Virus record (IMG/VR): IMGVR_UViG_3300036780_000171
Coordinates: 1-64,000 of that record
Length of the DNA: 64,000 nucleotides
Reading direction: 5' to 3' (one strand)
Source: a virus
Positions 10,601-19,633 of the stretch are shown one piece after another; within the stretch, counting starts at the first letter, position 1, and each line of letters opens with the position of its first letter. The notes below the pieces were generated by a model. That model did no database searches. It was not told where the DNA came from and saw only the letters and a program-made list of their open reading frames with translations. The position numbers and the translations under genes are program-made.

Positions 10601-11130
10601 TCAAAACTGCTCTCAGCATTTTGTAGTACCAGATTTCCATAACCTGAACCTGCTGAGAATGAACTAGCCGCAGAGTTAGCATTGGCAGCAATAGCTACCA
10701 GTAAATCATTAGCATTTGTCGTAGTTGACATATTACCGCTTGACCAACTTGTCAGTGCTGAAATAGTGCCTGTCTTTGACTGGTCAACGATTGGACTACT
10801 GGGTGAAATCCCAGAATATTCGCGTGCAATCGCTTCGACCTGCCAGCCAGTTGAGCTTATATGCAATGTGACTGTATTAAAACCGCCTGTGATATTAGAG
10901 CTATAGAATAGATATAGGTTTTGTCCTGTACCCGTACCATTGACATTAGGAACAGCCGTATATGTATTTCCTGCCCCATCGCTTACTGAACTAAGCGTTA
11001 TAGGCGTATTCATATTAATACCTATGATGACCGCGTTGCCAGCCGTTACATTGGCACCAAAAGTTAGTACCAGTGTTGACGAGTTGGCATTGGCACCGTT
11101 CTTGGCTGTCTGAATAAGTGAAAAAGCCAT
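7681..11130 (-). CDS. Large Ser/Thr-rich repeat virion protein (1149 aa)
   Basis: Dozens of (I/V)SVSDSITTSE-type repeats; LTDE motif; lies in structural operon. Confidence 0.7.
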   Translation of the reverse strand: MAFSLIQTAKNGANANSSTLVLTFGANVTAGNAVIIGINMNTPITLSSVSDGAGNTYTAVPNVNGTGTGQNLYLFYSSNITGGFNTVTLHISSTGWQVEAIAREYSGISPSSPIVDQSKTGTISALTSWSSGNMSTTTNANDLLVAIAANANSAASSFSAGSGYGNLVLQNAESSFDIAMEDQVVNTTGAYAGTFTANNLGTGAVGVVAFVGGYIINVSDSITTSDVVAQYYSDQVFTIDTPHLTVVSNVNKSDSITTSETVNVSVALSINVSDSITTSESIATLEASTISVSDSITTSETLKELVTSFINPISNVYTLTANYDQSHQNGTDAVDFSVSPGLGETFTATGGMLGKVTYELKGSGANSGNMVAKLYSSPNGTLLATSNNFDTSILTTSFQLIDFIFSGANQVSLANGTSYFVTIEPNGTGSGTVNVGVDFSGGYAGGAGYFKGGTWGALSDDLIFYIYTISQVNGEMVQTSEIVSLFYTLYLLSISDSTTASEALTIAITDFVSVSDTVSTGESISLQEATGIAVSDSITISETIPNPNISYSISVSDSTTASESVSTQVAFAISVSDGATTSESVPKPVVSYSISISDSITTSEAISFFTNPLNLFISDSVTLSEIVLFIAPIVIVETVTTQDFVGQYYTDEVDSIDIAYVSITSFISVSENVSTSETLHVAQAYAITISDNVATSETLKLDFPLLISLTDGRLTDEAGNFLTDENGDILTDGSNFELLSTSESVSVLSISNVNVSESVSHTETVATQSTISILVSDNVTVSESVSFAVINRVSVVETSTTSETVNVAQADQISVSDSSTTSESVGLLYSINISTSNSVTVSEQIILLNFEFISVTDNIATSDTPTLLIPTLFISVSDMALADEAVLVNTGGGIVTFDNIGTSETLALHTSVPDSVFSDSITVSETIKLTISSFVNKSESAIATEAVAVYSDENITVSETIGANDVVNMLVPTLLVAVSDSTLVSESTGLEVDSFILVQENSSVTESSGVIFGSKIIISEAAIISENVTLQIITSLSFADSIATSEIVSVKAPLLVSKSENITTIENLNVFIPELFVTVFDNVAISDSLIVGQVIFFYIEDDVVTSDNVNVAPQLVAAPLDITLYFQAQNVPVTLQEQTLLVYFKKSNI

Positions 11131-11182
11131 AAGAAGCTACTCCTTATGGTTTATAAGTTTTATAGTATATGGAGCCATGATA

Positions 11183-11917
11183 TTAGCTCCATATCTTTGG
11201 GCCGTTGATATTTTGGATGCCAGGAGCTACTACTACGCCTACTGGAATAGCTACATTACCATTTGGAGTCATAGCATATAAAGTGAGGTCATCAAACCAT
11301 GCATCCATAATAAGCGTAGCTGTACCTGTATTTCCGATAATCCCTAACCGAATCTGCAGTAAAGTAAAACCTGCGCTCGGTGTAGTGCTAATAGTATATT
11401 GTGTCCAGTCGGCAGTTATTTTGACTTTGGTTGAAACTTGTGTGGTTCCACTTGTATTATCAGGTTTTCTGGTAATAAGAGAAACAAATGCTCCATCATT
11501 GGAATCACCGCTTGTATAGTTAGTTTTTAGATAAAATGATAATATATATGTCGTGCCAGGATATACTGGTATACCATAATGCGGCGTATTAGTAGTATTA
11601 GAACTAGGGAAGATAGATACGTTAATAGCTGAACTGGTTGCAAGAGTTGATAATTTCATAGAGTTTGAACCACTATTAAAAGTGCTGGAATCAAATTGAC
11701 AGGAACGAGAACCTGCTGCACCTGTTGTTTCAGCTGCCCAGCGCCATGTATCATCTGTAGCTGAGCCACTGGCAGTACCATTAATCCATACATTTGATAT
11801 TGTTGTAGCAGCCGTAAATGATGGAACTGACTCAAATCCACCATTAACTACAAGATTTTGTCCTACATCTTCTTGTAAGATAATATTGTCAGATTTATTT
11901 ATATTGAGATCGGCCAT
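11183..11917 (-). CDS. Carbohydrate-binding-module-like virion protein
   Basis: NLVVNGGFE...YILSFYLK...WTQYT...WFDDL jelly-roll pattern. Confidence 0.6.
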   Translation of the reverse strand: MADLNINKSDNIILQEDVGQNLVVNGGFESVPSFTAATTISNVWINGTASGSATDDTWRWAAETTGAAGSRSCQFDSSTFNSGSNSMKLSTLATSSAINVSIFPSSNTTNTPHYGIPVYPGTTYILSFYLKTNYTSGDSNDGAFVSLITRKPDNTSGTTQVSTKVKITADWTQYTISTTPSAGFTLLQIRLGIIGNTGTATLIMDAWFDDLTLYAMTPNGNVAIPVGVVVAPGIQNINGPKIWS

Positions 11918-11925
11918 ATTTATCC

Positions 11926-13566
11926 CTAACTGATATTAAGACTCCTAGAGACTTCAACCCAATTTGTTCCATCCCATTCCAACATCCAAATATCGGTTGC
12001 GTTAGCTGCAACGGTTGGCGAGAATGCACCACCAACCAGCCTGGCATTAGAAGGCTTGCTGATTGTACGTGAACCGGTACCATCTTGCGTTAGCTCAAGT
12101 GTAAGGCGGTCGCCCTTAACGGCACCGTTTGTAATGGTAGTCGTAACATTGCCGGTCAACGTCGCAACTATATGCTGGCCGTTGACCCTAGTAAAGGTGG
12201 TTGCGCCCGTAATGTTACCTTTAACAAACAAGGTATCAGGGTTAATACCAGTATTATTACGAATGGTTTCTGAAATAATAGTACCTGAACTTGCGTAGCC
12301 CGCCGATAAGTAACCAACAATCGTATTATCTGCTATTGATGGGTTTACGATTTGCTGTACACCGGCCACTAGGTTGATACCATTTCGCATGAGTGTTGTT
12401 ATCCGATCGTCAACGACAATGTTTGAAATCATATTGATATCTCGTATGGCACCACCGCCCGCAGATAAAACAATACCGTCATAGGTATTCGACGTAACGG
12501 ATGAAGGGTTAATAATAGTATTACCTAATATTGTTAGACGTCGCGTTGTACCATTGATATTAATACCGTTTTGGGCGATATCGTGGATAGTATTGCTATT
12601 AATAGTTAGATACTTTGAGGTACCACTTATATTAATGCCATCGAAGGCATTAGTGCTAGATGGATTAAAATGCCTAATTTCGTTACCCGTAATAGAGATA
12701 CCAATACCGTTGATGACGTTAATACCATAGTAGTCAGTCTCTAGTTTATTACCGCTAACCACGCAATCATTTATTGAGCTGCCCGTACCTTCGAGTAAGA
12801 TATGACCACGGCCGCCATTTATAATTTGACTAGTGTTACCGACGAGAGTAAGGTCAGTACACAGAAAGCCACCAAATGCCTCACCGCCCGCATCCACGGC
12901 CACATTATTCATAACTGTGATGTTGCTGCTACCAGTCGCCGCAGTGATACCTGCCGCGCCGGGTGGCGTCGTGTTGATATTACATTGGCTAATCGTAGCA
13001 TTACTGGTATGCCGGACTTTGATACCTTCTTTACCCGAGTCAACCACACATACACCGCTAATTTTGACGTTACTGGTATAGTCGAAAGTGAAAGCGCCAT
13101 CTGTGCTAGTGACCGTGCCTGTGGTATTGTTGCCATTAATCTGTAAGTCAGAAACGATAATATTTGTATTGCCGCCGGAGATATTGGTAAAGTCACTGTT
13201 ATTTAGCACCTCAACCGTATTGCTATGGGCTTTTAAAACTGTTCCCCATCCCTCGCCGGATAGCCAGACATTCGAGGGTATTTTGAGTACCGCCGATATA
13301 TCATAAGCGGTACTATGTGCACGAATATGAACGCGACCACCCCCAGCAGTATTGACAGCATTAAGTGCAGTTTGGATCTCGACATCATCTGCCACGCCAT
13401 CGCAAATATAGTCAGCATTAGAAAATCCTATTGTAGCAGTAACAGTACGATTCTTTAGTAAACCACTGATTGGCGTATCTTTTGTTTGACTACCATGAAA
13501 AACTGGTACTAAGTCTGTATCTGATGGTGGATTAGTGATCGAGCCATAGCCCCATAGATTGCCCAT
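11926..13566 (-). CDS. Right-handed beta-helix tailspike/depolymerase-like protein
   Basis: CDGVADDVEIQTAL, GEGWGTVLK, repeated I-x-G-N-x-I; C-terminal LTQDGTGSRTI motif. Confidence 0.78.
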   Translation of the reverse strand: MGNLWGYGSITNPPSDTDLVPVFHGSQTKDTPISGLLKNRTVTATIGFSNADYICDGVADDVEIQTALNAVNTAGGGRVHIRAHSTAYDISAVLKIPSNVWLSGEGWGTVLKAHSNTVEVLNNSDFTNISGGNTNIIVSDLQINGNNTTGTVTSTDGAFTFDYTSNVKISGVCVVDSGKEGIKVRHTSNATISQCNINTTPPGAAGITAATGSSNITVMNNVAVDAGGEAFGGFLCTDLTLVGNTSQIINGGRGHILLEGTGSSINDCVVSGNKLETDYYGINVINGIGISITGNEIRHFNPSSTNAFDGINISGTSKYLTINSNTIHDIAQNGININGTTRRLTILGNTIINPSSVTSNTYDGIVLSAGGGAIRDINMISNIVVDDRITTLMRNGINLVAGVQQIVNPSIADNTIVGYLSAGYASSGTIISETIRNNTGINPDTLFVKGNITGATTFTRVNGQHIVATLTGNVTTTITNGAVKGDRLTLELTQDGTGSRTISKPSNARLVGGAFSPTVAANATDIWMLEWDGTNWVEVSRSLNIS

Positions 13567-13725
13567 ACTTTTCTATCTACCATACAAGTATGGAAAAGCA
13601 AAATTACTTTTAGGGAGGTAGTATTTTAACCGTAAAAAAGTGCTTTATGCCATTAAACCAGCGTTTATAAACACTTAAGTTGTCGCTAGCTTTGACTTTA
13701 TCACGGACTTTTATTTCTAATTCAC

Positions 13726-13935
13726 TCATTTCACAATAGCAGTGACCTTAGTATAGTCATCGACTGCTACGCCTAGTGTATCAGTTTTATTTGGCACTTT
13801 TTGGAAAGTTATGGTTAGCGATTTATCAGGAGTAAGATTATTCCAGTATGCGAGTTCTTGGCGCAATAAGTCCATGACATACTCAAACTGTTCGCGAGTT
13901 TCGATTCTATCTGGCAATGTTATTTGAAAGTCCAT
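13726..13935 (-). CDS. Hypothetical protein
   Basis: 69 aa ORF adjacent to the upstream gene. Confidence 0.45.
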   Translation of the reverse strand: MDFQITLPDRIETREQFEYVMDLLRQELAYWNNLTPDKSLTITFQKVPNKTDTLGVAVDDYTKVTAIVK

Positions 13936-13936
13936 T

Positions 13937-14347
13937 TTATGCTACTAAATCCATTAAATTAAATTCCTTAACTAATCTAATATTTTCTGGCGCAATATTA
14001 GTAGTCACGATATATGCCAATTCATCCTTATGATAATACCAACTTCCTATAACACCATCATGGTATAAGTTTACTTTGCCTGTGATATTATCGGGGTTAC
14101 GCAGAATATCTTTCTCATTATAGTCGAATTCAAGCAATATAATCTTAGTACTTTGTTTCACCGAAGTTTGAAAAATAATACTCCCAAGTTCTGACTTGCC
14201 GGTTGGGCGTGTTGCCCATGTCCATATTCCAAATACTTGCTTTTCAAAATATGACTCAAGTGCCGGATGATTTATTGGATAAATTTTGAGGCCTGTTTCT
14301 TGAATACTAAGCCAGTTTTTATAACTTGTGTAGTGGTAACCTACCAT
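13937..14347 (-). CDS. Possible ADP-ribosyltransferase-fold protein
   Basis: YHYTS...SIQETGL start resembles Tpt1/ART HxT motif. Confidence 0.4.
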   Translation of the reverse strand: MVGYHYTSYKNWLSIQETGLKIYPINHPALESYFEKQVFGIWTWATRPTGKSELGSIIFQTSVKQSTKIILLEFDYNEKDILRNPDNITGKVNLYHDGVIGSWYYHKDELAYIVTTNIAPENIRLVKEFNLMDLVA

Positions 14348-14359
14348 TAATATTCCTTA

Positions 14360-15196
14360 CTAGATATTTCCATTTTGTTCACACCATGCTTGCACGCCGC
14401 CTATAGGGAATTGAAGGCCACTTACTCTATCAATGTGCATACAACTAATATTAGAATCTATCGCAAACGGATACTTCTCGTTTGCAAGTTTAGGCCAGCC
14501 CGCCTTGACAAGATAACTGCCAGCAATCACGCGCTTACAAAAATCGAGGTCAGATGTACCGACAAGCGCTTCCTGTGAGCCTTTTTCTTCATTAAACCAC
14601 GACTTTACCGGCGTTTCAAATACACGACGTATGGTATTGCCACCACAAATATATTCAGGGCTATCATTCCAAACGGCCTTTAGTAGCTTAACACTTAACA
14701 ATAGCATGCCGGTCGGTACACCATCGCACATTACAATATCGCCTAGTTTCCAGTCGGTATAGTAAGAGTTGCCACGACCACGGTAAACCATTGGCTCTGC
14801 CGGTTCTGAACGGGTGAAATATAAGCCTGAAATTACCGGATACTTACCCGAGCGCATATATTCATTAAATCGAATAAAGCCATCGGGCGGCGGGATGGTA
14901 TCATCTTCTATGAGCAGTAGCCATTCGTAGCCTTTAGTAACGGCTTCGTTGACGATCAGGTTCTGTGCGTCGGCCACGCTATAGCGCATGGGTATGAATG
15001 ATGACATGTACTGTATCATGTCGACCTTTGACCAGTTGGCTGGAATGGCCTGCCCGTACCGCGCACTGCACCACTCCATTCGAACTGGCCCCGTAGTCGG
15101 TGTGCCAACGAGTAATCTGTTACTATAGCTAGTCACCCCTGAATCGACTATCTTACTTGTATATTCAGGCACTTTCGTTTTCTTAGCTACTGCCAT
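14360..15196 (-). CDS. Glycosyltransferase, GT-A/GT2-like
   Basis: WLLLIEDD, ISGLYF, SDLDFC motifs. Confidence 0.7.
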   Translation of the reverse strand: MAVAKKTKVPEYTSKIVDSGVTSYSNRLLVGTPTTGPVRMEWCSARYGQAIPANWSKVDMIQYMSSFIPMRYSVADAQNLIVNEAVTKGYEWLLLIEDDTIPPPDGFIRFNEYMRSGKYPVISGLYFTRSEPAEPMVYRGRGNSYYTDWKLGDIVMCDGVPTGMLLLSVKLLKAVWNDSPEYICGGNTIRRVFETPVKSWFNEEKGSQEALVGTSDLDFCKRVIAGSYLVKAGWPKLANEKYPFAIDSNISCMHIDRVSGLQFPIGGVQAWCEQNGNI

Positions 15197-15641
15197 ATTT
15201 TCTCCTTCGAGTGACCCAAGCTCTGTTACCTATATTGTCATATATAACATGGCATCTGGCGCATAATCTTTTCCAATCTGTAGCATCACGAAGATATTTT
15301 CCACTAATATTTGCCCAATGAATCTGGTGGCCTTTAAGCCCGCTTTTACCGCAATGTTCGCATTTGTCAGGCTTGCCTAGCATTTTATTTATCCACTTAT
15401 GAATACCAGAATAGCTAACTTTATCGCCTTTCCATGTTACACTTCCGCTACCACTAAATCTCTTGCTTAATTTTTGTTTTGCTTCTTCCGGCAATCTTTT
15501 ACCGATATGACCTAGTCTATTCTTCTCACAATATTCTTCTGACATTTTTTTGCCTTTATTCCATGGAGTTCGACCAATACCGGCAGCACTTATCTTAGCT
15601 CTGGTTTCGGCTGATGGGTTATGTCCTTTTACAAATGGCAT
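15183..15641 (-). CDS. NUMOD3-HNH homing endonuclease
   Basis: ETRAKIS, PWNKGKK, WKGD..YSGIHKW...LCARCH. Confidence 0.8.
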   Translation of the reverse strand: MPFVKGHNPSAETRAKISAAGIGRTPWNKGKKMSEEYCEKNRLGHIGKRLPEEAKQKLSKRFSGSGSVTWKGDKVSYSGIHKWINKMLGKPDKCEHCGKSGLKGHQIHWANISGKYLRDATDWKRLCARCHVIYDNIGNRAWVTRRRKYGSS

Positions 15642-16693
15642 TACAGTAACCATTCCTTGTGAGCCATTGTCCACTTTACCGTTTTTTCAAGACTATCTTC
15701 AAAACTAAGTGGCTGCTGCCAACCTTCCTTAGCCAGCTTGGTACCATCGAGCGCATAGCGAAGGTCATGCCCTGGTCGGGAGCTGTGGAAATCAACTAGC
15801 TTATACTTTAGTGGCTTGCCAACAAACTTTGAAACCAGCTGTGCAAGCTCTAAGTTGCTGACCTCGCGTTCGCCAACAACGTTATAACGAGTTAAAGTGG
15901 TAGCTTCACCGTAAAGTGTTGGCTCAATATTCTGTAAGATAAATAACAGCGCGTCAGCCTGGTTGCGGGCGTGTAGGTAATAGCGTGTGCCGATTATATT
16001 ATCGGCTGACGCATGGATAGAAACTGCTTCGCCAGCGATAACTTTCTTAATGGTCATTGGGATAAACTTCTCTACGTCTTGGAGTTCTCCAAACAAATTC
16101 ATTGTATTAGTGATAATAATGGGTAATCCATAAGTACGCCAATATGAAAAGCAAATATCTTCCTGGCAAGCCTTGCTGGCAGAATACGGGTTGCTCGGTT
16201 GGTGCGGCTCGCCTTCCTTGTGACGATGGTTGCCGTATGCGGGGCCAAAGACTTCGTCGGTTGAGATATGGATAAACTTTTTTATATTCTCTGTAGCGCC
16301 ATACTCGTAGGTCGTATTGCGTTTTTTAAGCCATTCAAGCATGGTCAGCATTAGATGTACGTTATTCTCAATAAACGCGCGTGGGTAATCTATACTGCGG
16401 TCTACGTGGGATTCTGACGCGATGTTCAATACGTAGTCAACTTCGCCAATCTTATAATCCATTTGTTCACTAATTGGTACGGCCAAATCATGCACAATGG
16501 TGGTAACTCGGTTTTTGTCCTGTCCGTCAAGCTGTTGGGTAATTCTGTCAATTTTTCCCTTGTGCCGGAAACTATCAATAATAACGACTTCCCAATCCGT
16601 GCTCGTCAGGATATGGCGCAATACATGGCTGCCCATGAAACCACCAGCACCAGTAACAAGAACACGCTTACTTGGTTCTGACTTCTTCGACAT
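15641..16693 (-). CDS. rfbB: dTDP-glucose 4,6-dehydratase
   Basis: GAGGFMG, ASESHVDRSI, ISTDEVFG, YSASK, RPGHDLRY. Confidence 0.9.
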   Translation of the reverse strand: MSKKSEPSKRVLVTGAGGFMGSHVLRHILTSTDWEVVIIDSFRHKGKIDRITQQLDGQDKNRVTTIVHDLAVPISEQMDYKIGEVDYVLNIASESHVDRSIDYPRAFIENNVHLMLTMLEWLKKRNTTYEYGATENIKKFIHISTDEVFGPAYGNHRHKEGEPHQPSNPYSASKACQEDICFSYWRTYGLPIIITNTMNLFGELQDVEKFIPMTIKKVIAGEAVSIHASADNIIGTRYYLHARNQADALLFILQNIEPTLYGEATTLTRYNVVGEREVSNLELAQLVSKFVGKPLKYKLVDFHSSRPGHDLRYALDGTKLAKEGWQQPLSFEDSLEKTVKWTMAHKEWLL

Positions 16694-17345
16694 ACTGTTC
16701 CTCTCGGGTAATATCCGTTGGCTTACTAATGCCCTTGTAGCTTTCATCTTCCGGCCGTTTTACCAAAACAACTTCCAATAAGCCATTTATCTGAACATAC
16801 TGCGCTTCAATCTTCCATGGCTTTGGCCGGTAGAACTGATATAGGCCTGATGGTTGCAACGGGTCAAAGTAATCCATGGTGGCCTCATTGACAAAATTCG
16901 TATGCGTTGGGTCTTGCATCATGCCTGGTGACTCGGCATATGGCACGACAAACGCGAATTTGCAGTTTGGCTTGAGGATGCGCCAGATTTCATTCATTAC
17001 GTTAATAAAGCCGGGGCCGGGCAAACCCATGTATTCGTCGGCTTCATCTTTGGTAATCGTGCCTTTCATAATGAGCAGGTCAACCAAGCCTTGCAAGCGT
17101 TTATCACCGCTATGCGGATTAATATGTTCAAGCACATGCGACGCAATAACTTGTAACGCACACTCATCCGGCAGAGGCCACGGGGTTTTTTCAATATCCC
17201 ATACCAAGTCAACCGTATCAAATGGCAGAATATCAATGCCAAAAAAGCCAGGTTGTTTTGAGGCTCCGCTACCAACGTCGATTTTTAGACCTTGCTTTTC
17301 CTTGATAAGTTTTTGTATCTTGTCGGGAATTTGCGTTGTTTTCAT
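16668..17345 (-). CDS. Class I SAM methyltransferase (type 11)
   Basis: IDVGSG, SHVLEH, EIWRILKP, DPTH. Confidence 0.8.
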   Translation of the reverse strand: MKTTQIPDKIQKLIKEKQGLKIDVGSGASKQPGFFGIDILPFDTVDLVWDIEKTPWPLPDECALQVIASHVLEHINPHSGDKRLQGLVDLLIMKGTITKDEADEYMGLPGPGFINVMNEIWRILKPNCKFAFVVPYAESPGMMQDPTHTNFVNEATMDYFDPLQPSGLYQFYRPKPWKIEAQYVQINGLLEVVLVKRPEDESYKGISKPTDITREEQYVEEVRTK

Positions 17346-17390
17346 TGGTATGAGTTTAGCATAGCTTGATATATTACACAAGCTTAATAT

Positions 17391-18149
17391 TTAACTATTC
17401 ACTACTGGTTTTAGACTAACTATTATAAGCGACTCATCGATATAATACTTGCCATCTTTAAATTTAATTATGCCATTTTGTATAAGTTGGGTAGCTACTT
17501 TTTCTAGTTGGGCATGAACATATAGATGGTCGCTCGTATCTTTACATAAATGAAGATTCTCACTGCCATTATTTTTCTTATTTAAATCAATATGGTGAAC
17601 TATCTCTTGTGGTTCCAAGTATCGACCAATTTCTTTCTCTTTGACTAGACGATGTTCCATTACATAACCTTGTTTATTCGCATAAGGATGGGCTGGCGTA
17701 TGAATATAAATATGTCCATTGCCGCCTTTTGCCCTACCGCCTTTCCAATGGGCTGCTTTTTCACCAAACCTTCCTTCTCTATACTTAATCTTCTGAGCTT
17801 CTTTTGGATTACGGGTTTTAATTCCCATGTGCGTTAAGGCTGAATGTACATTACCAACAGTAGCGTCAATATCTAGGGCTATTTGTTTAACTGACTTTTC
17901 TTGGGTAACATATTGCTCACGCAACCATTCTTTATTATTTAGTTGTGGGTACCGACTTGTATGTTTTCTAGCTCCAAGTCCATGTTTGCGTAAAGCTCTT
18001 AAAACTGGATACTTTGTACATTTTAGTAAAGTACCGATTTGTGCAGCGGTCATGTTTTCGTCTACATACTTTTGTTTTAACCATTCTTTATTTTTAAGTT
18101 GCTCTATTGGTGAATATATACTTACCCGTGTAGAATCAACTTCTTCCAT
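17391..18149 (-). CDS. HNH endonuclease with HTH repeats
   Basis: WKGG, YVMEHR, VHHIDLNKKNN. Confidence 0.85.
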   Translation of the reverse strand: MEEVDSTRVSIYSPIEQLKNKEWLKQKYVDENMTAAQIGTLLKCTKYPVLRALRKHGLGARKHTSRYPQLNNKEWLREQYVTQEKSVKQIALDIDATVGNVHSALTHMGIKTRNPKEAQKIKYREGRFGEKAAHWKGGRAKGGNGHIYIHTPAHPYANKQGYVMEHRLVKEKEIGRYLEPQEIVHHIDLNKKNNGSENLHLCKDTSDHLYVHAQLEKVATQLIQNGIIKFKDGKYYIDESLIIVSLKPVVNS

Positions 18150-18289
18150 AACAATAAGTATATATAATTACCAACAACTAATCAATACCTAAAATTAAAT
18201 ATATAACCGACAAAGAGAACATAGCTTTGTTTAGTAACAAAAAGCAACAGGTTGTCGCTTTAAATACTTTAACAATAAACTTGACAGTT

Positions 18290-18799
18290 TTACGAAAAAT
18301 TTATCTGGTATGTCACATTGACATTTTGGTTAGTCGCCAAAGTACTCGACGCATAGGTATTACCAGCAAATAGCGTACCGGATGCAGTTGTCGGACCAGA
18401 AACACCAAACAAACCAATATTCGAAATGTTTGCAGATGCCGTAAGGAAGCTGTTGGCACTTGAGAAAGTAGCAGTGTTAACGAGAGCTTTAGAGTTGGAA
18501 CTGGTGGCTGCTGTTACAGCTGCACGAACTACGGAACCAGAACCATTAGTAGAGACTTCGCCTGAAAGTGTGGTATCTGTAGCGGCAGGAGCAGCACCAG
18601 TTCCAAGCGCGGCGTGGGAAACTTGCGAACCCGTTAAGCCGGTACCAAGGCGACTAACAATATACTGGTTGAAACCTAGGTTGGTGATAAGATTTTTGCG
18701 CCAGCCAGAATTGCCAACAATTTCACCATTTTCCTCGATTTGGATGCGAAACATACCCCTAACTTTTCCATGCTCTTTGGTGGCAATAGTTGATTTCAT
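18290..18799 (-). CDS. Virion structural protein
   Basis: NLITNLG...ALGTG..PAATDTTL..E...IGLF pattern of phage tail/collar proteins. Confidence 0.6.
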   Translation of the reverse strand: MKSTIATKEHGKVRGMFRIQIEENGEIVGNSGWRKNLITNLGFNQYIVSRLGTGLTGSQVSHAALGTGAAPAATDTTLSGEVSTNGSGSVVRAAVTAATSSNSKALVNTATFSSANSFLTASANISNIGLFGVSGPTTASGTLFAGNTYASSTLATNQNVNVTYQINFS

Positions 18800-18877
18800 C
18801 CCTGTTTCTCTCTCCTTAAGCCATACTATACATTACTAGAATACTACATTGCAAGCATTTTTAATATTTAGTTTTTC

Positions 18878-19633
18878 ATGCCAAGAATTTATAATAATGG
18901 TATGGCTTTTCCTAGAGGTCGAAGACACCCGAATAATACAAGAGTAACCATATACTGCGAAGTTTGTGGCAAGAGTCGCGAGTTGCCACGCTGTCACTAT
19001 AAACGAGGTAATGGTAGATTTTGTAGCAAGGCTTGCCATAACAAAAGCATGCAAGGTACCACTGCCCATAACAATAAACAAGTAGAGATAGTATGCGAAT
19101 TATGCGGCAAAGCTTTCAAAGTTCGACCAAGTAGGATTGGTCGAAGTAAATATTGCAGTATAGCTTGTGCCAACAAAGGTAAAGTCGAACTAATGCGTCG
19201 GGTTGCTGTGTATAGCTTTAATATAAATTCCACCAAGCGCACGAACATTGAAGTTAAGATGGCAGAATTACTAAGTATCTGTAATATAACTTACATTGAA
19301 CAAGAACCCTTGTACGAAAAATGGATAGCTGACTTTGTGCTTTATAGATTTGGCATTGTTATCTTTTGCGACGGTATTTACTGGCATAGTAAACCGAAAG
19401 TCGCGGCAAAAGATAAAGGTCAGACAAGATACTTAGAAAAGTGTGGGTGGAAAGTACTTAGATTTACCGATAAAGAAATTCTTAAAGCACCAGAGTATTG
19501 TATAAGCAAGATACTTGCAAATTTAACTCCTTCTACCGTAGCTTTGCCATCACAGCAATCACCCACAGACACTACAAACTGGGACAATAGACTTTTTACT
19601 GCACCGGATGGCAGCTTATTGTATTACGGGTAG
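18878..19633 (+). CDS. DUF559/Vsr-like endonuclease with Zn fingers
   Basis: CEVCG...FCS repeats; TNIE, ADF, CDGIYWH, GWKVLRF; antisense to the operon. Confidence 0.8.
   Translation: MPRIYNNGMAFPRGRRHPNNTRVTIYCEVCGKSRELPRCHYKRGNGRFCSKACHNKSMQGTTAHNNKQVEIVCELCGKAFKVRPSRIGRSKYCSIACANKGKVELMRRVAVYSFNINSTKRTNIEVKMAELLSICNITYIEQEPLYEKWIADFVLYRFGIVIFCDGIYWHSKPKVAAKDKGQTRYLEKCGWKVLRFTDKEILKAPEYCISKILANLTPSTVALPSQQSPTDTTNWDNRLFTAPDGSLLYYG

Noticed and set aside
7681-11130. DNA repeats such as CGCTGGTGGTTATTGAGTCGCTCACG as CRISPR or DGR repeats
   Set aside because: They are in-frame protein repeats. There is no regular spacer array, cas gene or reverse transcriptase.
7877-13306. Long plus-strand ORFs opposite structural genes
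   Set aside because: Antisense shadows of Ser/Thr/Asn-rich coding sequence.
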